Source: an uncultured bacterium
GTDB lineage: Bacteria; Krumholzibacteriota; Krumholzibacteriia; LZORAL124-64-63
DNA: 64,000 bases
Assembly (NCBI GenBank): GCA_963732385.1
Contig: CAVSZB010000007.1
Span: 832,001-896,000, forward strand
Direction: 5' to 3'
In this document: piece by piece, positions 29,116 through 38,364 of the stretch
Layout: every line of letters starts with the position of its first letter
Numbering within the stretch: the first letter of the stretch is position 1
Notes under the pieces: model-generated
The model's database searches: none
What the model was told of the DNA's origin: nothing
The model's input: the letters and a program-made list of their open reading frames with translations, nothing else
Made by a program: the position numbers and the translations under genes

Positions 29116-30603
29116 TCAGGCCGGATCGCCGGTCAGGGCGTTCAGCAATTCTCCGTCCAGATCGGGAGCGAACGTCAGCCGCCACCCCTCGGGCAGCACC
29201 TCCCGCAGGTCGTCAGGCAGGGAGGGATGACCCAGGGCAAGACAGCCGCCCGACGGCCCGAGGAAATCGGCACGCCGCAGGCAGGCCAGGCGATCCGGAG
29301 CCAGAGGTCGATGTGAGGTGACCAGCAGCGCCTCCGAGGCCGCCGCGAGAGTGCCGTCGACGATCGCCTCAAGCGTGAAACGGCTCCGCAGACTCGCCAC
29401 GCAAGGCGCTGCCTCCCCCCAGCGATCACCCGCCGTGACGTCGAGCCAGAGTATTCTCCGTGCGCCGCCAGGGAACGGATTCCCGCCCACAGACGCCGCA
29501 ATTCTTTGCCAGACTTCACGGTAGATTGGCGAGCCAGGCAGGCGATCCGGTCCGGTCCCGGCCTTGTCCATTTCCGGCGCCGGTCCCTCGGACGGACCGT
29601 CGTCCGGAAAAGCCTCCCACGGGATGCCCCGGCAGAGCAGGCGGTCGCAGCCAGCCTGCGCGATGGCCGCCAGCCAGGCGCGGGACAGCGACGCCGGATC
29701 GAACATTCCGTGGACGTCGGACACGGGCGGAGCCACGCCGCGAGCCGCCAGCGCCGGTCCGAGCGCGGCCATGGTCACATCATCGGCGTAGAGGCGCAGG
29801 GCGCGGCCCGTGGCCAGAGCGCGCAGCCGCGCCAACGCGCCGGGATCGAGCGTGGCGGGAGGCCGCGAAGCAGCGTTCACCTCCGCCACGCCGGGCGCCC
29901 GGGGATCCGCCAGATGACCGACCATGACCGCGTCGGCCCCCACCGCGAACCCGGCCACGAAAGGCGCGTCGAGCGCGCCGGCGGCCGTATCAACGGCGGC
30001 GAGGTGGCTGTCGCCCGTGGTGCCCCCGTGTCCGGGCCAGTGTTTCAGGCAGACCTCCATTCCCCCCTCGCGCAGGCCGGTCACCGCGGCCGCCACCTGG
30101 GTCGCCACCAGGTCGCTTGCGGCCCCGAAGGCCCGCACGCCGATCACCGGATTGCGGCGCTCGACCAGCACGTCCGCGCAGGGAGCCAGCACGCGCGTGG
30201 CGCCGGCCGTCCGCAGACGAGCGGCGCTTTCGGCATGCACCCGGCGGGTCAGGTCGGCGTCGGCGAGCAATCCCAGTCCCCACGGCGCGGGCGGCCGACC
30301 CGCAGCAGCGGCCAGGACCGAAATCGGCCCCCCCTCGTGATCGACCGCGATCTCGGCGTGGCCGCCCAGGCAGGAGCGCACGGCGGCGCCCAGCGCCTGC
30401 ACCTGCGCCAGATTCAACACGTTGCGGGCGAACAGGATCACGCCGGCGGGGCGCCAGCGTTCCAGCCAGGCCGCTTCGCGAGCGCTCAAACCAGGCCCGG
30501 CCAGACCGACGACCAGACGTCCGGCCAGCGCCGCCGGAGCAACGGGAAATCGCGGCGGCCGCGGGGCCTCGCCGCCCCGGGCGGAATTCCCGGCCTCGCT
30601 CAC
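29116..30603 (-). CDS. Glycoside hydrolase family 3, NagZ-like beta-N-acetylglucosaminidase
   Basis: GVILFARN, VDHEGG, APCADV, KHWPGHG...DSH, VMVGH, ADDVTM; GTG overlaps the upstream stop. Confidence 0.85.
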   Translation of the reverse strand: MSEAGNSARGGEAPRPPRFPVAPAALAGRLVVGLAGPGLSAREAAWLERWRPAGVILFARNVLNLAQVQALGAAVRSCLGGHAEIAVDHEGGPISVLAAAAGRPPAPWGLGLLADADLTRRVHAESAARLRTAGATRVLAPCADVLVERRNPVIGVRAFGAASDLVATQVAAAVTGLREGGMEVCLKHWPGHGGTTGDSHLAAVDTAAGALDAPFVAGFAVGADAVMVGHLADPRAPGVAEVNAASRPPATLDPGALARLRALATGRALRLYADDVTMAALGPALAARGVAPPVSDVHGMFDPASLSRAWLAAIAQAGCDRLLCRGIPWEAFPDDGPSEGPAPEMDKAGTGPDRLPGSPIYREVWQRIAASVGGNPFPGGARRILWLDVTAGDRWGEAAPCVASLRSRFTLEAIVDGTLAAASEALLVTSHRPLAPDRLACLRRADFLGPSGGCLALGHPSLPDDLREVLPEGWRLTFAPDLDGELLNALTGDPA

Positions 30604-32126
30604 GGGTGCGCCGCTCCTGACGCCGGGTCGACCGCGATCGCCGGCAACGGGGCCAGCTCCGCACCCGGATAGTAGTGGGCCAGGATCTGGCCGGCCGTGA
30701 AACCGCGACGCGACATGCCGATCGCGCCGGTCTGACACATGCCGACCCCGTGACCGAAGCCGCGACCGTACGCTGCGATCCGCCGCGGGCGCCCATCACG
30801 ATCGGTTTCGACATGCAGACGGAAGAGGGCGCTCCAGAGCGAGCCGCGGTTTCCGGGCAGACGCAGCACGGAGCGCACCCGATCGCCCCGCACGTGGTAG
30901 ACGCCGGCGTCGGTGCTTACCTCGAGTTGCGCCACGCGACCGCAGGAGGTGCGCGCGCGCACGGCCAGCCCCAGCAACCGCCCCGGCCGGGACGGACCGG
31001 CACCGCCGGCGCGTGGCGTGAAGACGACGCCGGCCCAGGCGGCGCGGCGCGGATCGCCCATGTCTTTCACATATTCCGGGAGCGTGCGCTGCAGGATCTG
31101 CTCCAGGTCGCCGGCGCTCCACTGCTCCCGCCAGGCGAAGCGGGGCGCGGCGGCGCAGAAAGAGTTCGCGCCGTCGCGCGGCGCGTCCCGGAGGCCGCGC
31201 AGGTAGGGACGTGCATCGCGCGCCCACACCTCTTCGCAGGCGGCGGTGCGTCCGCCGCAGGTGGACGAATAATACGCCTCGATTTCCCGGCCACCGTACC
31301 GCAGCACCAGCCCGGCGGTGCGGGCGATGGCGGCGTCGCAGGTGGCGTCCTCGCCCGCCAGCCCTTCGTAGAGCTGATCGCGAATGTCCCCCCAGAGATC
31401 GAAACCGAGATCCGCGTGCTGCCCGCGGTGGAAAACCGTGTAGGTGCGCGCCGCAATCGCCTGCGCCTCGATCGCCGCCGCGGCCTGGGGGCCGAGCCGC
31501 CCGATTTCCCCCGGCACGACGCCCCGCAGGTACTCCTCCAGATCGATCGCGTTGATCATCAGCATCCCGCCCGGACGCCCGCGCACCACCAGAGCCCCGC
31601 GATAGCGCGCCTTGCCCCAGGCCACCACCTCCGCGGCGGCGTCCGCACGCAGCATCACCGCATCGGCATTGCCGACGGTCCCGCCGACCTGCCACCGCAC
31701 CCCGCGTCCGGCGGCGAACAGTTCTGCCCCCGCCCCTCCATCGAGCCGTGCCAGACGCGTGGTCCCGTCACCGTCCAGCAGCCAGGCACCGCCGCGGCAC
31801 GACAGCGTCGCGCGTGGCACCCCGTCGGCCAGACCGATCCGGACCAGCGGGGTCTCCTGCCGTGACGCCACGGGGCGAGGCGGCAGGGCCGCCTCGAGAT
31901 CGGGCCACTCCGGGCCGGGCGTATCGGGGTATTCCGGCTCGCCGGCCGGCGAGGTGATCGGCTCCAGGTCGGGCCAGGACGGTCCCGGCTCGGCGACCAC
32001 GGCGGGCGATTCCCCCGCCGGCCGCGGCCGCGGCCCCGGCGCGCAACCGCCGAGCGCAATCAGCAGCGCCAGCGCGGTCACGCCCGCGGCCCGCCACCCG
32101 CCAGACGCGCGCGCGGGCCCCTTCAC
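30600..32126 (-). CDS. SpoIID/LytB-domain lipoprotein (lytic transglycosylase-like)
   Basis: Lipobox LGGC; LEEYLRGVVPGE, AQAIAARTY, YSSTCGG, GFGHGVGMCQ, ILAHYYPG. Confidence 0.93.
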   Translation of the reverse strand: MKGPARASGGWRAAGVTALALLIALGGCAPGPRPRPAGESPAVVAEPGPSWPDLEPITSPAGEPEYPDTPGPEWPDLEAALPPRPVASRQETPLVRIGLADGVPRATLSCRGGAWLLDGDGTTRLARLDGGAGAELFAAGRGVRWQVGGTVGNADAVMLRADAAAEVVAWGKARYRGALVVRGRPGGMLMINAIDLEEYLRGVVPGEIGRLGPQAAAAIEAQAIAARTYTVFHRGQHADLGFDLWGDIRDQLYEGLAGEDATCDAAIARTAGLVLRYGGREIEAYYSSTCGGRTAACEEVWARDARPYLRGLRDAPRDGANSFCAAAPRFAWREQWSAGDLEQILQRTLPEYVKDMGDPRRAAWAGVVFTPRAGGAGPSRPGRLLGLAVRARTSCGRVAQLEVSTDAGVYHVRGDRVRSVLRLPGNRGSLWSALFRLHVETDRDGRPRRIAAYGRGFGHGVGMCQTGAIGMSRRGFTAGQILAHYYPGAELAPLPAIAVDPASGAAHP

Positions 32127-35100
32127 CGCATCACCACCAGCCTCTGCATGCCGCTGCGCAGACCGCCGCCCGGCGCCTCGAGTTCGACGCGGTACAGGTA
32201 GACACCGTTGGCCACCACGTCCCCCTCACCGTCGCGACCGTCCCAGGTCAGCAGCCCCTGGCCATCGTCCACCCGCTCGGCCCCGAACGGCACCACCGCC
32301 ACGCGCCGTCCGCCCACCGTGTAGATCACGATCCGCCCGGGCGACGCCGGAGCTGTCGTGCGGAACAGGATCCGCACCGGCCCTGACGCCGGATTCGGGA
32401 ACGCCAGCACATCGCTGACCGTGTACGCCGCGAGGGGCGCTTCGCCCTGCTGCAGCACGAAGGTCGTGGGATAGCCGGACACGGCGAGCGTGACCGCCCG
32501 TACGGTGGCGGCGGCGTCGGGTGCGGTGGCGGTGAAGGCGAGATCAAGCGTGCGGCCGTCACGCCGGGCGAGATGGATGTTGCTCAGCGTCAGCCCGTCG
32601 CCGGTCAGCAGCAGCGGCGTTTCGGCAGCCACGAAGGCAGGCATGGCGACCACCGCGGTGAAGTCGAGCGGCACCCCGGAGGCGAACCGCACGGCGCCTG
32701 ACTCGAGCGGCTCCGGAGAGCCGGCCAAAAACAGCGTGCCGGTCAGCGGCAGGCGCACGGTGAGCGTGGCGTGGTTGTCAGTCGGCAGGCGGTCCGCGGT
32801 GTCGTAGACATGCAGCGTGACGGCATGGTCGAACGGCCGCACCGGCAGCGCGATCTCGTACCCGGCGCGCTGGTTCGTGGCCGGGTCCGGCGGCGGCAGC
32901 TCGGTCACGGCGGCCGACAGGTCGTTTCCTGCCGAATCGAGCACCACCAGGCGATCGACCCCCGCCTCGTCCACGGCCGTCAGTCGGATACGCCGCACGT
33001 TGGTCGTATCGAGCGCCGCCATCTCCATCCCCTCGGTCAAGGGGGTGTCGCCAGCGTCCGTCAGGACGGCGACGATGGCCGGCGGGCCGCAGTCGAGCAC
33101 CAGCAGCGGATCGCCGAGCAGGCAGTACTGCGCCGCCAGCGCACGGTATTCGGAATCGTAGTAACCCGTGTAGTGCGCCAGCACCGCCGCCTCCCCCGCC
33201 AGCAGCAGGTCTCCGAGCCGCCACCCGGTGCGCGCGCCACCGAACAGCCGCGGCGGGGTGAACAGCCAGTTATCGAGCTGCAGCAGCGCGAAATCGGCGT
33301 TGGAGCCGAGGTACTCAAACCCACTGCTGGCGTAGGAGGCGCAGGCCCCGGAGGTGTGCGTGAGCAGTTTCTCCGCCAGCGACGAATGCTCCGGCCCGTT
33401 GCGGTCCGCCGTGTTCTGAGCCCACTCCGCGATGTGGCAGCCGAGCCCCACGAACACCCACGGCTTGCCGGCATTGGTCAGGCTGTTGACATCCTGGCGC
33501 AGATACGGCGAGGGGAAAGCCCGTTCGTCCTGGAACAGGATCTCATGGCACAGGAGCTTGGCGTTGGCGTGCCCCTGATAATGCACCAGGAGCGCGCCCT
33601 GCGACAGGGAGGGCAGCAGGGCCGGCACCGCCAGATTCGCCGTGTACTCCTTGACCAGGGCCAGGCTGCGGAACGTGTCTCCGGGCGGGAACTGCGGGTC
33701 GAGATAGGTCGACAGGAAGAACCGGTCCGCCGTCTGCTCCCCGCCCGCGAAGCGGTCCCAGCGGGCGGCGAGACTGTCCTGGCACACCCGGAAGCGCTGC
33801 TCATCCAAATTCCGCACCAGCGTGGACGAGGTCACATCGCCGTAGCCGTAGGAAAAATCATCGTCGGCGATGAAAAGCGCGCGGCGGCGCCAGGCCTGGC
33901 CGGCCTGGTCCGTCTCCACCTGCAGGGTCTTGGCGATCATGGTGGACAGTTCCGCCCCGTTGTTGCACGGGAAGCGCCCCACGACCATCTCCGCCGGCGT
34001 GCGGGTGCCGCTGGGATAGTTTAAGCCGGCTGCGGGAGTGGCGTACCATTTGTCGGCCGCCAGTGCTTCGGGCGGTTCCAGCACGTGCTGCGCGTGCAAA
34101 TGCGTCGGCACCCAATCATAGGTGCCGTCGACGACGTTCAGGGCGCGCGCGTTCTCGTTGGCGTCGCCCACGAGCAGCAGCCCCCAGCTACCCCAGCGGT
34201 CCATGGCGTACTCGCAGAAGCGCCGGATCGCCCAGGGGTCCTTCAGACCGCCGCTGAACCAGTCGTAGACATCCTGCACGTTGACCACCTGCAGGGCATG
34301 GCCGCCGCCGGCGGTGCTGCTGCGGTAGTCGATCCACGGCTGCAGGGCGGAGCGAAACGCGCCGTGCGTGATCACCAGCACTTTGGGCGAGCCGGTGGCC
34401 ACGGTCGGATCGACCGGATTGACGATCCGCCGCGAATTGAAGGTGGTGAACTCCGGCACGCCGCTGCCCGCCAGGTCCGCCAGCGCGGCGAACCGCCGGG
34501 GCGAACCGTCCGGCTGGATCGCCCGCAGCGAGAGCGTGTAGGAACCGCCGGCGTCGACGACGTTGCCGGCGCCAAGCGCGATCCAGGCCGGCCGGCGGGG
34601 ATCGGTGATGTCGATCACGCCGAGGTCGGCGCGGCTGAAACCGGTCACCTCGAAATCCCGGGCGCCGACGACCGCGTCGCCAGGGAAAACCAGCGCATCA
34701 TCGACGGCGCGGTAGAGCGCAGCGTAGGAAATCTCCGCCCAGTCCAGGTACGACATCAGGGCGGTGGGCGGATTGTTGAGCGAATCGATGCGCAGCGTGG
34801 CGGTCGGGTTGGCGAGCAGATTCCCACCGATCGGATCCGCGGAGAAAGCGAGGACCTCGGTCAGGGTGTTCAGATTGTGGGTGCCCAGATCCACGGTGTT
34901 AGCGCCGCAAACCAGCGAGGCCCGCACGAAGCGATCGAAGTTGCTGATACTCCAGCCCATCAGCCCGGCGCGCGCCTGCCCGTCAGTGCCGGCCGGATCG
35001 GGCGACCAGAGCGGAATCGACAACGTCGCCGCGGTATCGGTGTGGCGGTTGTAATGATTGCGATCACTGTCGGCGTTGAGCGTGAACTCCCGGTACGCGC

Positions 35101-36529
35101 TGTCCTCCTCGAGGTAATCGACACGCCGGTAACGCGGCAACGGCGCGCCGGCCGAAGGGGGCAGCGTCACCTCGGACATGCGCGCCCACGGCGCCCCCAC
35201 GACAGCGTCGGCGAAGGCGAGCCAGTAGACGTTGCCGGTGCGCAGTCCGGGATCGGCGGCGCCGCTGGGGCCGTTGTTCAGTTCGTAAGGATCGCCGCAG
35301 CCCGGCAGATCGACCGGCGAGTCGCCCGAGTCGTCGGTCCAGGCGTTGTCGTCGCGGGAACGCAGCGCGTAGAAAAGCAGCGCCTCGCCGTCGCTGAAGT
35401 CGCCACCGTCGCCGAGCAGCCGGATCGGCACTTCGCTGGTGAGATAATGCGCCGGGTCCGCCGCGTTGTAGCGGCGCTGGTAGAGACGGATCTGGTCCTC
35501 GCGCACGCCCCCCGCCGGCAGCCAGCCGAGCAGGCGCAGCTTGCTCGCGGTCAAACGGTAGAGCTGCGTTTTCGGCACGAGCAGTTGCACTTCCGGCGCC
35601 AGCGGCACGACCTCGCTCCGCGCGGCCGCGGCTCTGGCAGGCGCCGCGACGGCCGGCGCCGCAGCTTCGGCCGGCCAACGGCGCAACCCGTCCGGATTGA
35701 GAAACAGGAAGCCGAAGCGATCGTCACCGCGTCCACTGCGCGCCCCGGAAGTGCCGACACCGGCCCCCTTCGCCACCGGCACGAAGCGGATCTCCCAACG
35801 CCCTTCCCGCAACAGCCGGGAAGCGAGCCCGTCGGCATCCGCGGTCAACGGCGCCACGTTCACGCTGGCGATGCGGCGCCCCCGCCAGACGGTCGGCTCG
35901 CCGACGATCAGCGGCGCCTGCCCGGACGGCGCTTCGGCCGCCGTCCGCGCCGCCCACAGGGCCGGCTGCGAGCCTGCCGTAAGCGGCCGGCCGCGGCGCG
36001 GCGATTCGCCCGGCAGCAGCAGTTCCGCCCCCAGATCCTCCTCGCCGGTTTCGGGATCGCGCAGCGCCACCGGCGTGGACCCGACCAGCAGACGCCGCGG
36101 CGGGACCGCTTCCCAGCGCTCCGTCAACGGCGTCACCACGGGCCGCATCCCGGGCGGCACCACGATCCAGGCGCCCCACACCGGCAGCACCGGACGCGTC
36201 GGCGCGCCGCGGCCGCTGAAGCCGGGCAATTGCAGCTCCCACAACGGCGCGCCGCCATCGGGGCTCGCCGTCGCGCGCCACGCAGTATCGGCGGCGCTGA
36301 AAGCGAGCAACAAACCGGCATCGTCGCTGCGTTCCACCCGCACCGGGCGGTCACGACCACCATCCGGGATCGGCGTCGCCCCCCCTTCTGCCCGGGACTG
36401 GGCCGGCAGTCGCTCGACCGCGAACAGGCTCAGCAGCGCAACAACCGCCGGGATGGCGGAACCGGAGCGGCTCCACCGCGCCACGCGACGGCGCGCGCGT
36501 TCGTGAATCGGGACAGACGCGTGGATCAT
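32123..36529 (-). CDS. Large secreted C25 (gingipain/PorU-like) cysteine peptidase with C-terminal FlgD-Ig/CTD-like domain
   Basis: Signal peptide; propeptide-like region; VQDVYDWFSGG, LLLVGDA, VGRFP, HYQGHA (His), GCH (Cys), YCLLGDP; C-terminus FPNP...IYTVGGRRV...WDGRDGEG..VANGVYLYRV. Confidence 0.85.
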   Translation of the reverse strand: MIHASVPIHERARRRVARWSRSGSAIPAVVALLSLFAVERLPAQSRAEGGATPIPDGGRDRPVRVERSDDAGLLLAFSAADTAWRATASPDGGAPLWELQLPGFSGRGAPTRPVLPVWGAWIVVPPGMRPVVTPLTERWEAVPPRRLLVGSTPVALRDPETGEEDLGAELLLPGESPRRGRPLTAGSQPALWAARTAAEAPSGQAPLIVGEPTVWRGRRIASVNVAPLTADADGLASRLLREGRWEIRFVPVAKGAGVGTSGARSGRGDDRFGFLFLNPDGLRRWPAEAAAPAVAAPARAAAARSEVVPLAPEVQLLVPKTQLYRLTASKLRLLGWLPAGGVREDQIRLYQRRYNAADPAHYLTSEVPIRLLGDGGDFSDGEALLFYALRSRDDNAWTDDSGDSPVDLPGCGDPYELNNGPSGAADPGLRTGNVYWLAFADAVVGAPWARMSEVTLPPSAGAPLPRYRRVDYLEEDSAYREFTLNADSDRNHYNRHTDTAATLSIPLWSPDPAGTDGQARAGLMGWSISNFDRFVRASLVCGANTVDLGTHNLNTLTEVLAFSADPIGGNLLANPTATLRIDSLNNPPTALMSYLDWAEISYAALYRAVDDALVFPGDAVVGARDFEVTGFSRADLGVIDITDPRRPAWIALGAGNVVDAGGSYTLSLRAIQPDGSPRRFAALADLAGSGVPEFTTFNSRRIVNPVDPTVATGSPKVLVITHGAFRSALQPWIDYRSSTAGGGHALQVVNVQDVYDWFSGGLKDPWAIRRFCEYAMDRWGSWGLLLVGDANENARALNVVDGTYDWVPTHLHAQHVLEPPEALAADKWYATPAAGLNYPSGTRTPAEMVVGRFPCNNGAELSTMIAKTLQVETDQAGQAWRRRALFIADDDFSYGYGDVTSSTLVRNLDEQRFRVCQDSLAARWDRFAGGEQTADRFFLSTYLDPQFPPGDTFRSLALVKEYTANLAVPALLPSLSQGALLVHYQGHANAKLLCHEILFQDERAFPSPYLRQDVNSLTNAGKPWVFVGLGCHIAEWAQNTADRNGPEHSSLAEKLLTHTSGACASYASSGFEYLGSNADFALLQLDNWLFTPPRLFGGARTGWRLGDLLLAGEAAVLAHYTGYYDSEYRALAAQYCLLGDPLLVLDCGPPAIVAVLTDAGDTPLTEGMEMAALDTTNVRRIRLTAVDEAGVDRLVVLDSAGNDLSAAVTELPPPDPATNQRAGYEIALPVRPFDHAVTLHVYDTADRLPTDNHATLTVRLPLTGTLFLAGSPEPLESGAVRFASGVPLDFTAVVAMPAFVAAETPLLLTGDGLTLSNIHLARRDGRTLDLAFTATAPDAAATVRAVTLAVSGYPTTFVLQQGEAPLAAYTVSDVLAFPNPASGPVRILFRTTAPASPGRIVIYTVGGRRVAVVPFGAERVDDGQGLLTWDGRDGEGDVVANGVYLYRVELEAPGGGLRSGMQRLVVMR

Positions 36530-36591
36530 GGTGCAGACGCTCCTCGAAGCCGGGGCGTGGGGAGGGGCTCAGGGGGGCAACTCACCTGGTC

Positions 36592-36621
36592 AGTATAGGT
36601 TCGGTCGCCGGGAGGGGTCAA
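36592..36621 (-). promoter_or_regulatory. Sigma70-like promoter of the C25-SpoIID-NagZ operon
   Basis: TTGACC-18nt-TATACT. Confidence 0.6.
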
Positions 36622-36647
36622 CTGCCGGCGCCCAGACCGACGCACAC

Positions 36648-36679
36648 AAAAAAACCCGGGTGGCGAAGCCACCCGGGTT
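36648..36679 (-). terminator. Rho-independent terminator
   Basis: AACCCGGGTGGC-TTC-GCCACCCGGGTT running into a T-tract on the minus strand, just downstream of the 36702 stop. Confidence 0.9.
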
Positions 36680-36701
36680 GGAATCAGGCAGGCTGAAAAA
36701 A

Positions 36702-37328
36702 CTACTGGTACAGGCTCTTCACACTGCTCCAGCTGTTGTTCTCAGTGGGAACCACCGTGGGAATCTCCGGCGCCGGCAACGTCCAGAACCCAGCCATGAT
36801 GTAGAAGTAATCACGGCCCTCCAGCGGCATGCTGGTGGCCACCGGGAACAAGGGGAACTTCGCGTGGGATTGGCACCGTCGACATCGCCGGGGGTATGCA
36901 ACACGGGGAAGGACGTCGACGTGCAGGGACCAAGCCGAAACCTGCGCCGCCACGCCCATGCATAGAACCACTTCATGGTGAGCAGAAGCATCGCCGGCGT
37001 ACGGCATCGAAGGAGCAACGCCGACCTGGTAGTTCGGCGCGTCCAGAACAGTTGGTGCCGCCGCCAGCCATGGTATAGGTAACTCCGGCCACGGGGAACG
37101 CGATTGATCGCGACCTCAGCCTCCCAGGCGCGACAGGTGGCCGACTGGGTGATGTTCGTCGCCACCAGATAGGCGTAGACATCCACGTAGCATGGGAGCG
37201 GTGCGGCAGAGTAATTGTTGATGCCCATTCTGATCGAAGTAGACTCCGATGCCGTTGGGCATATTGCTCGTCTGCGCAAACGCGCTCGCAGACACCAGAA
37301 TCAGCGCCAAAACTAGCAACTTCTTCAT
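36702..37328 (-). pseudogene. Frameshifted gene A (~205 aa when repaired): secreted beta-rich protein with C-terminal VVPTENNSWSSVKSLYQ tail; true pseudogene or uncorrected read errors
   Basis: AAGGAG RBS, signal MKKLLVLALILVSASAFAQ; coding sense can be followed across at least 5 frame jumps (near 37226, 37102, 37050, 36994, 36862) to TAG 36702. Confidence 0.75.
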
Positions 37329-37365
37329 GATATTAACTCCTTAAAACCACGTTACGGACACCCTG

Positions 37366-38025
37366 TTACTGGCAACCCTGAAGAGCCGACTTCAGCGCCG
37401 TCACGTAGACCGACCGTGTCGGAAATGTTGATCACGCCGTCATAGACAAAATTCGGCATAGTAGTTGTCCGCCGCGAAACCCTTGAGGGCCGACACGTAC
37501 GACGCACCGTGTCCGAAACGTTGATTACGTTATCGCCAGTTGATGTCCGTGCTGTTGAACAGGATGTCGAGCTGGCTGCCGGACAGCGGCGTGCCGGCGA
37601 TCATGACCACGGTCTTCTCGCCACCGTTGCGGTTCGAGTGACCCTTCGCCAGATACCGCGTCGGTGAAGGTCGTGACACCGAGCGCATTGGTGTTGACGG
37701 CAGGAATGCTGGGCGTGCAGATGACCAAGCCACCCAGGCTGGTCGCGAGCCACAGATCCTCGCGGGGATACCCAAAGATCGGGTCTCCGTTGCCGTCTCT
37801 CAGGGTCAGGGTGATCGTCGCGTTGACCACAACGCCGCCGACCGTCTTCGCCTGGAGCAGGGTCTGCCCGGCTCCGGGGATCGGGGAGCAGTAAACCGAA
37901 ACCTGAGTCCCTGCAGCCGTCGTGGCCGTGGAAAGCGTATAATCCGGGATTCCTGCCACAGCCATGGAAACGGTTCCCATGACCAGACTGCATACGAACA
38001 GACTCACAAGTTTCCTTCTAACCAT
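37366..38025 (-). pseudogene. Frameshifted gene B (~215 aa when repaired): secreted protein with C-terminal dockerin-like duplicated Ca-binding motif; true pseudogene or uncorrected read errors
   Basis: AGGAGG RBS, signal peptide; repaired C-terminus DINGDNVINVSDTVxYVSALK...YADFVYDGVINISDTVVYVTALKSALQGCQ*; 5 frame jumps near 37650, 37538, 37503, 37452, 37411. Confidence 0.75.
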
Positions 38026-38145
38026 TAGGACACCTCCTAAAGGACATTCCCAAGCGAGGGTGTTTAACCCAGGCGACCACGTTTGGCAACCGCGCTAACC
38101 CCTCCTCTCCACTCCTCAGAGCGTTGTCCGACACTTGACTTGCAT

Positions 38146-38175
38146 AGAATACCACAAGCGCCTCCAGGGCCACAA
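38146..38175 (-). promoter_or_regulatory. Putative extended -10 promoter of genes B-A
   Basis: TTGTGG-18nt-TATTCT with TG at -15/-14; AT-rich upstream tract; GCTTGTGG direct repeat. Confidence 0.5.
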
Positions 38176-38287
38176 GCCCTATTTTTAGTTTTTCGGGGGA
38201 TTTGAAGGATCCTGATTAAGGACGATCAAATTCTGCCAGGGCGGTGCGAGATCGGGCTCCGCCACCGCGCCCCATCACCTAGAGGTT

Positions 38288-38364
38288 TGGTGGGCGAAAC
38301 AGGGCTCGAACCTGTGACCTCCTGCTTGTAAGGCAGGCGCTCTGACCAGCTGAGCTATTCGCCC
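38288..38364 (-). tRNA. tRNA-Val (UAC)
   Basis: GGGCGAATAGCTCAGCTGGTCAGAGCGCCTGC-CTTACAA-GCAGGAGGTCACAGGTTCGAGCCCTGTTTCGCCCACCA. Confidence 0.97.

Noticed and set aside
36702..38025. Diversity-generating retroelement or programmed frameshifting as the cause of the broken frames
   Set aside because: No reverse transcriptase or template/variable repeat pair in the window; the jumps are too many and mostly not at slippery or homopolymer tracts
36640..38290. Integrative element at tRNA-Val (lower GC next to the tRNA 3' end)
   Set aside because: No integrase and no duplicated tRNA 3' end seen; the composition is also explainable by high expression or allele exchange
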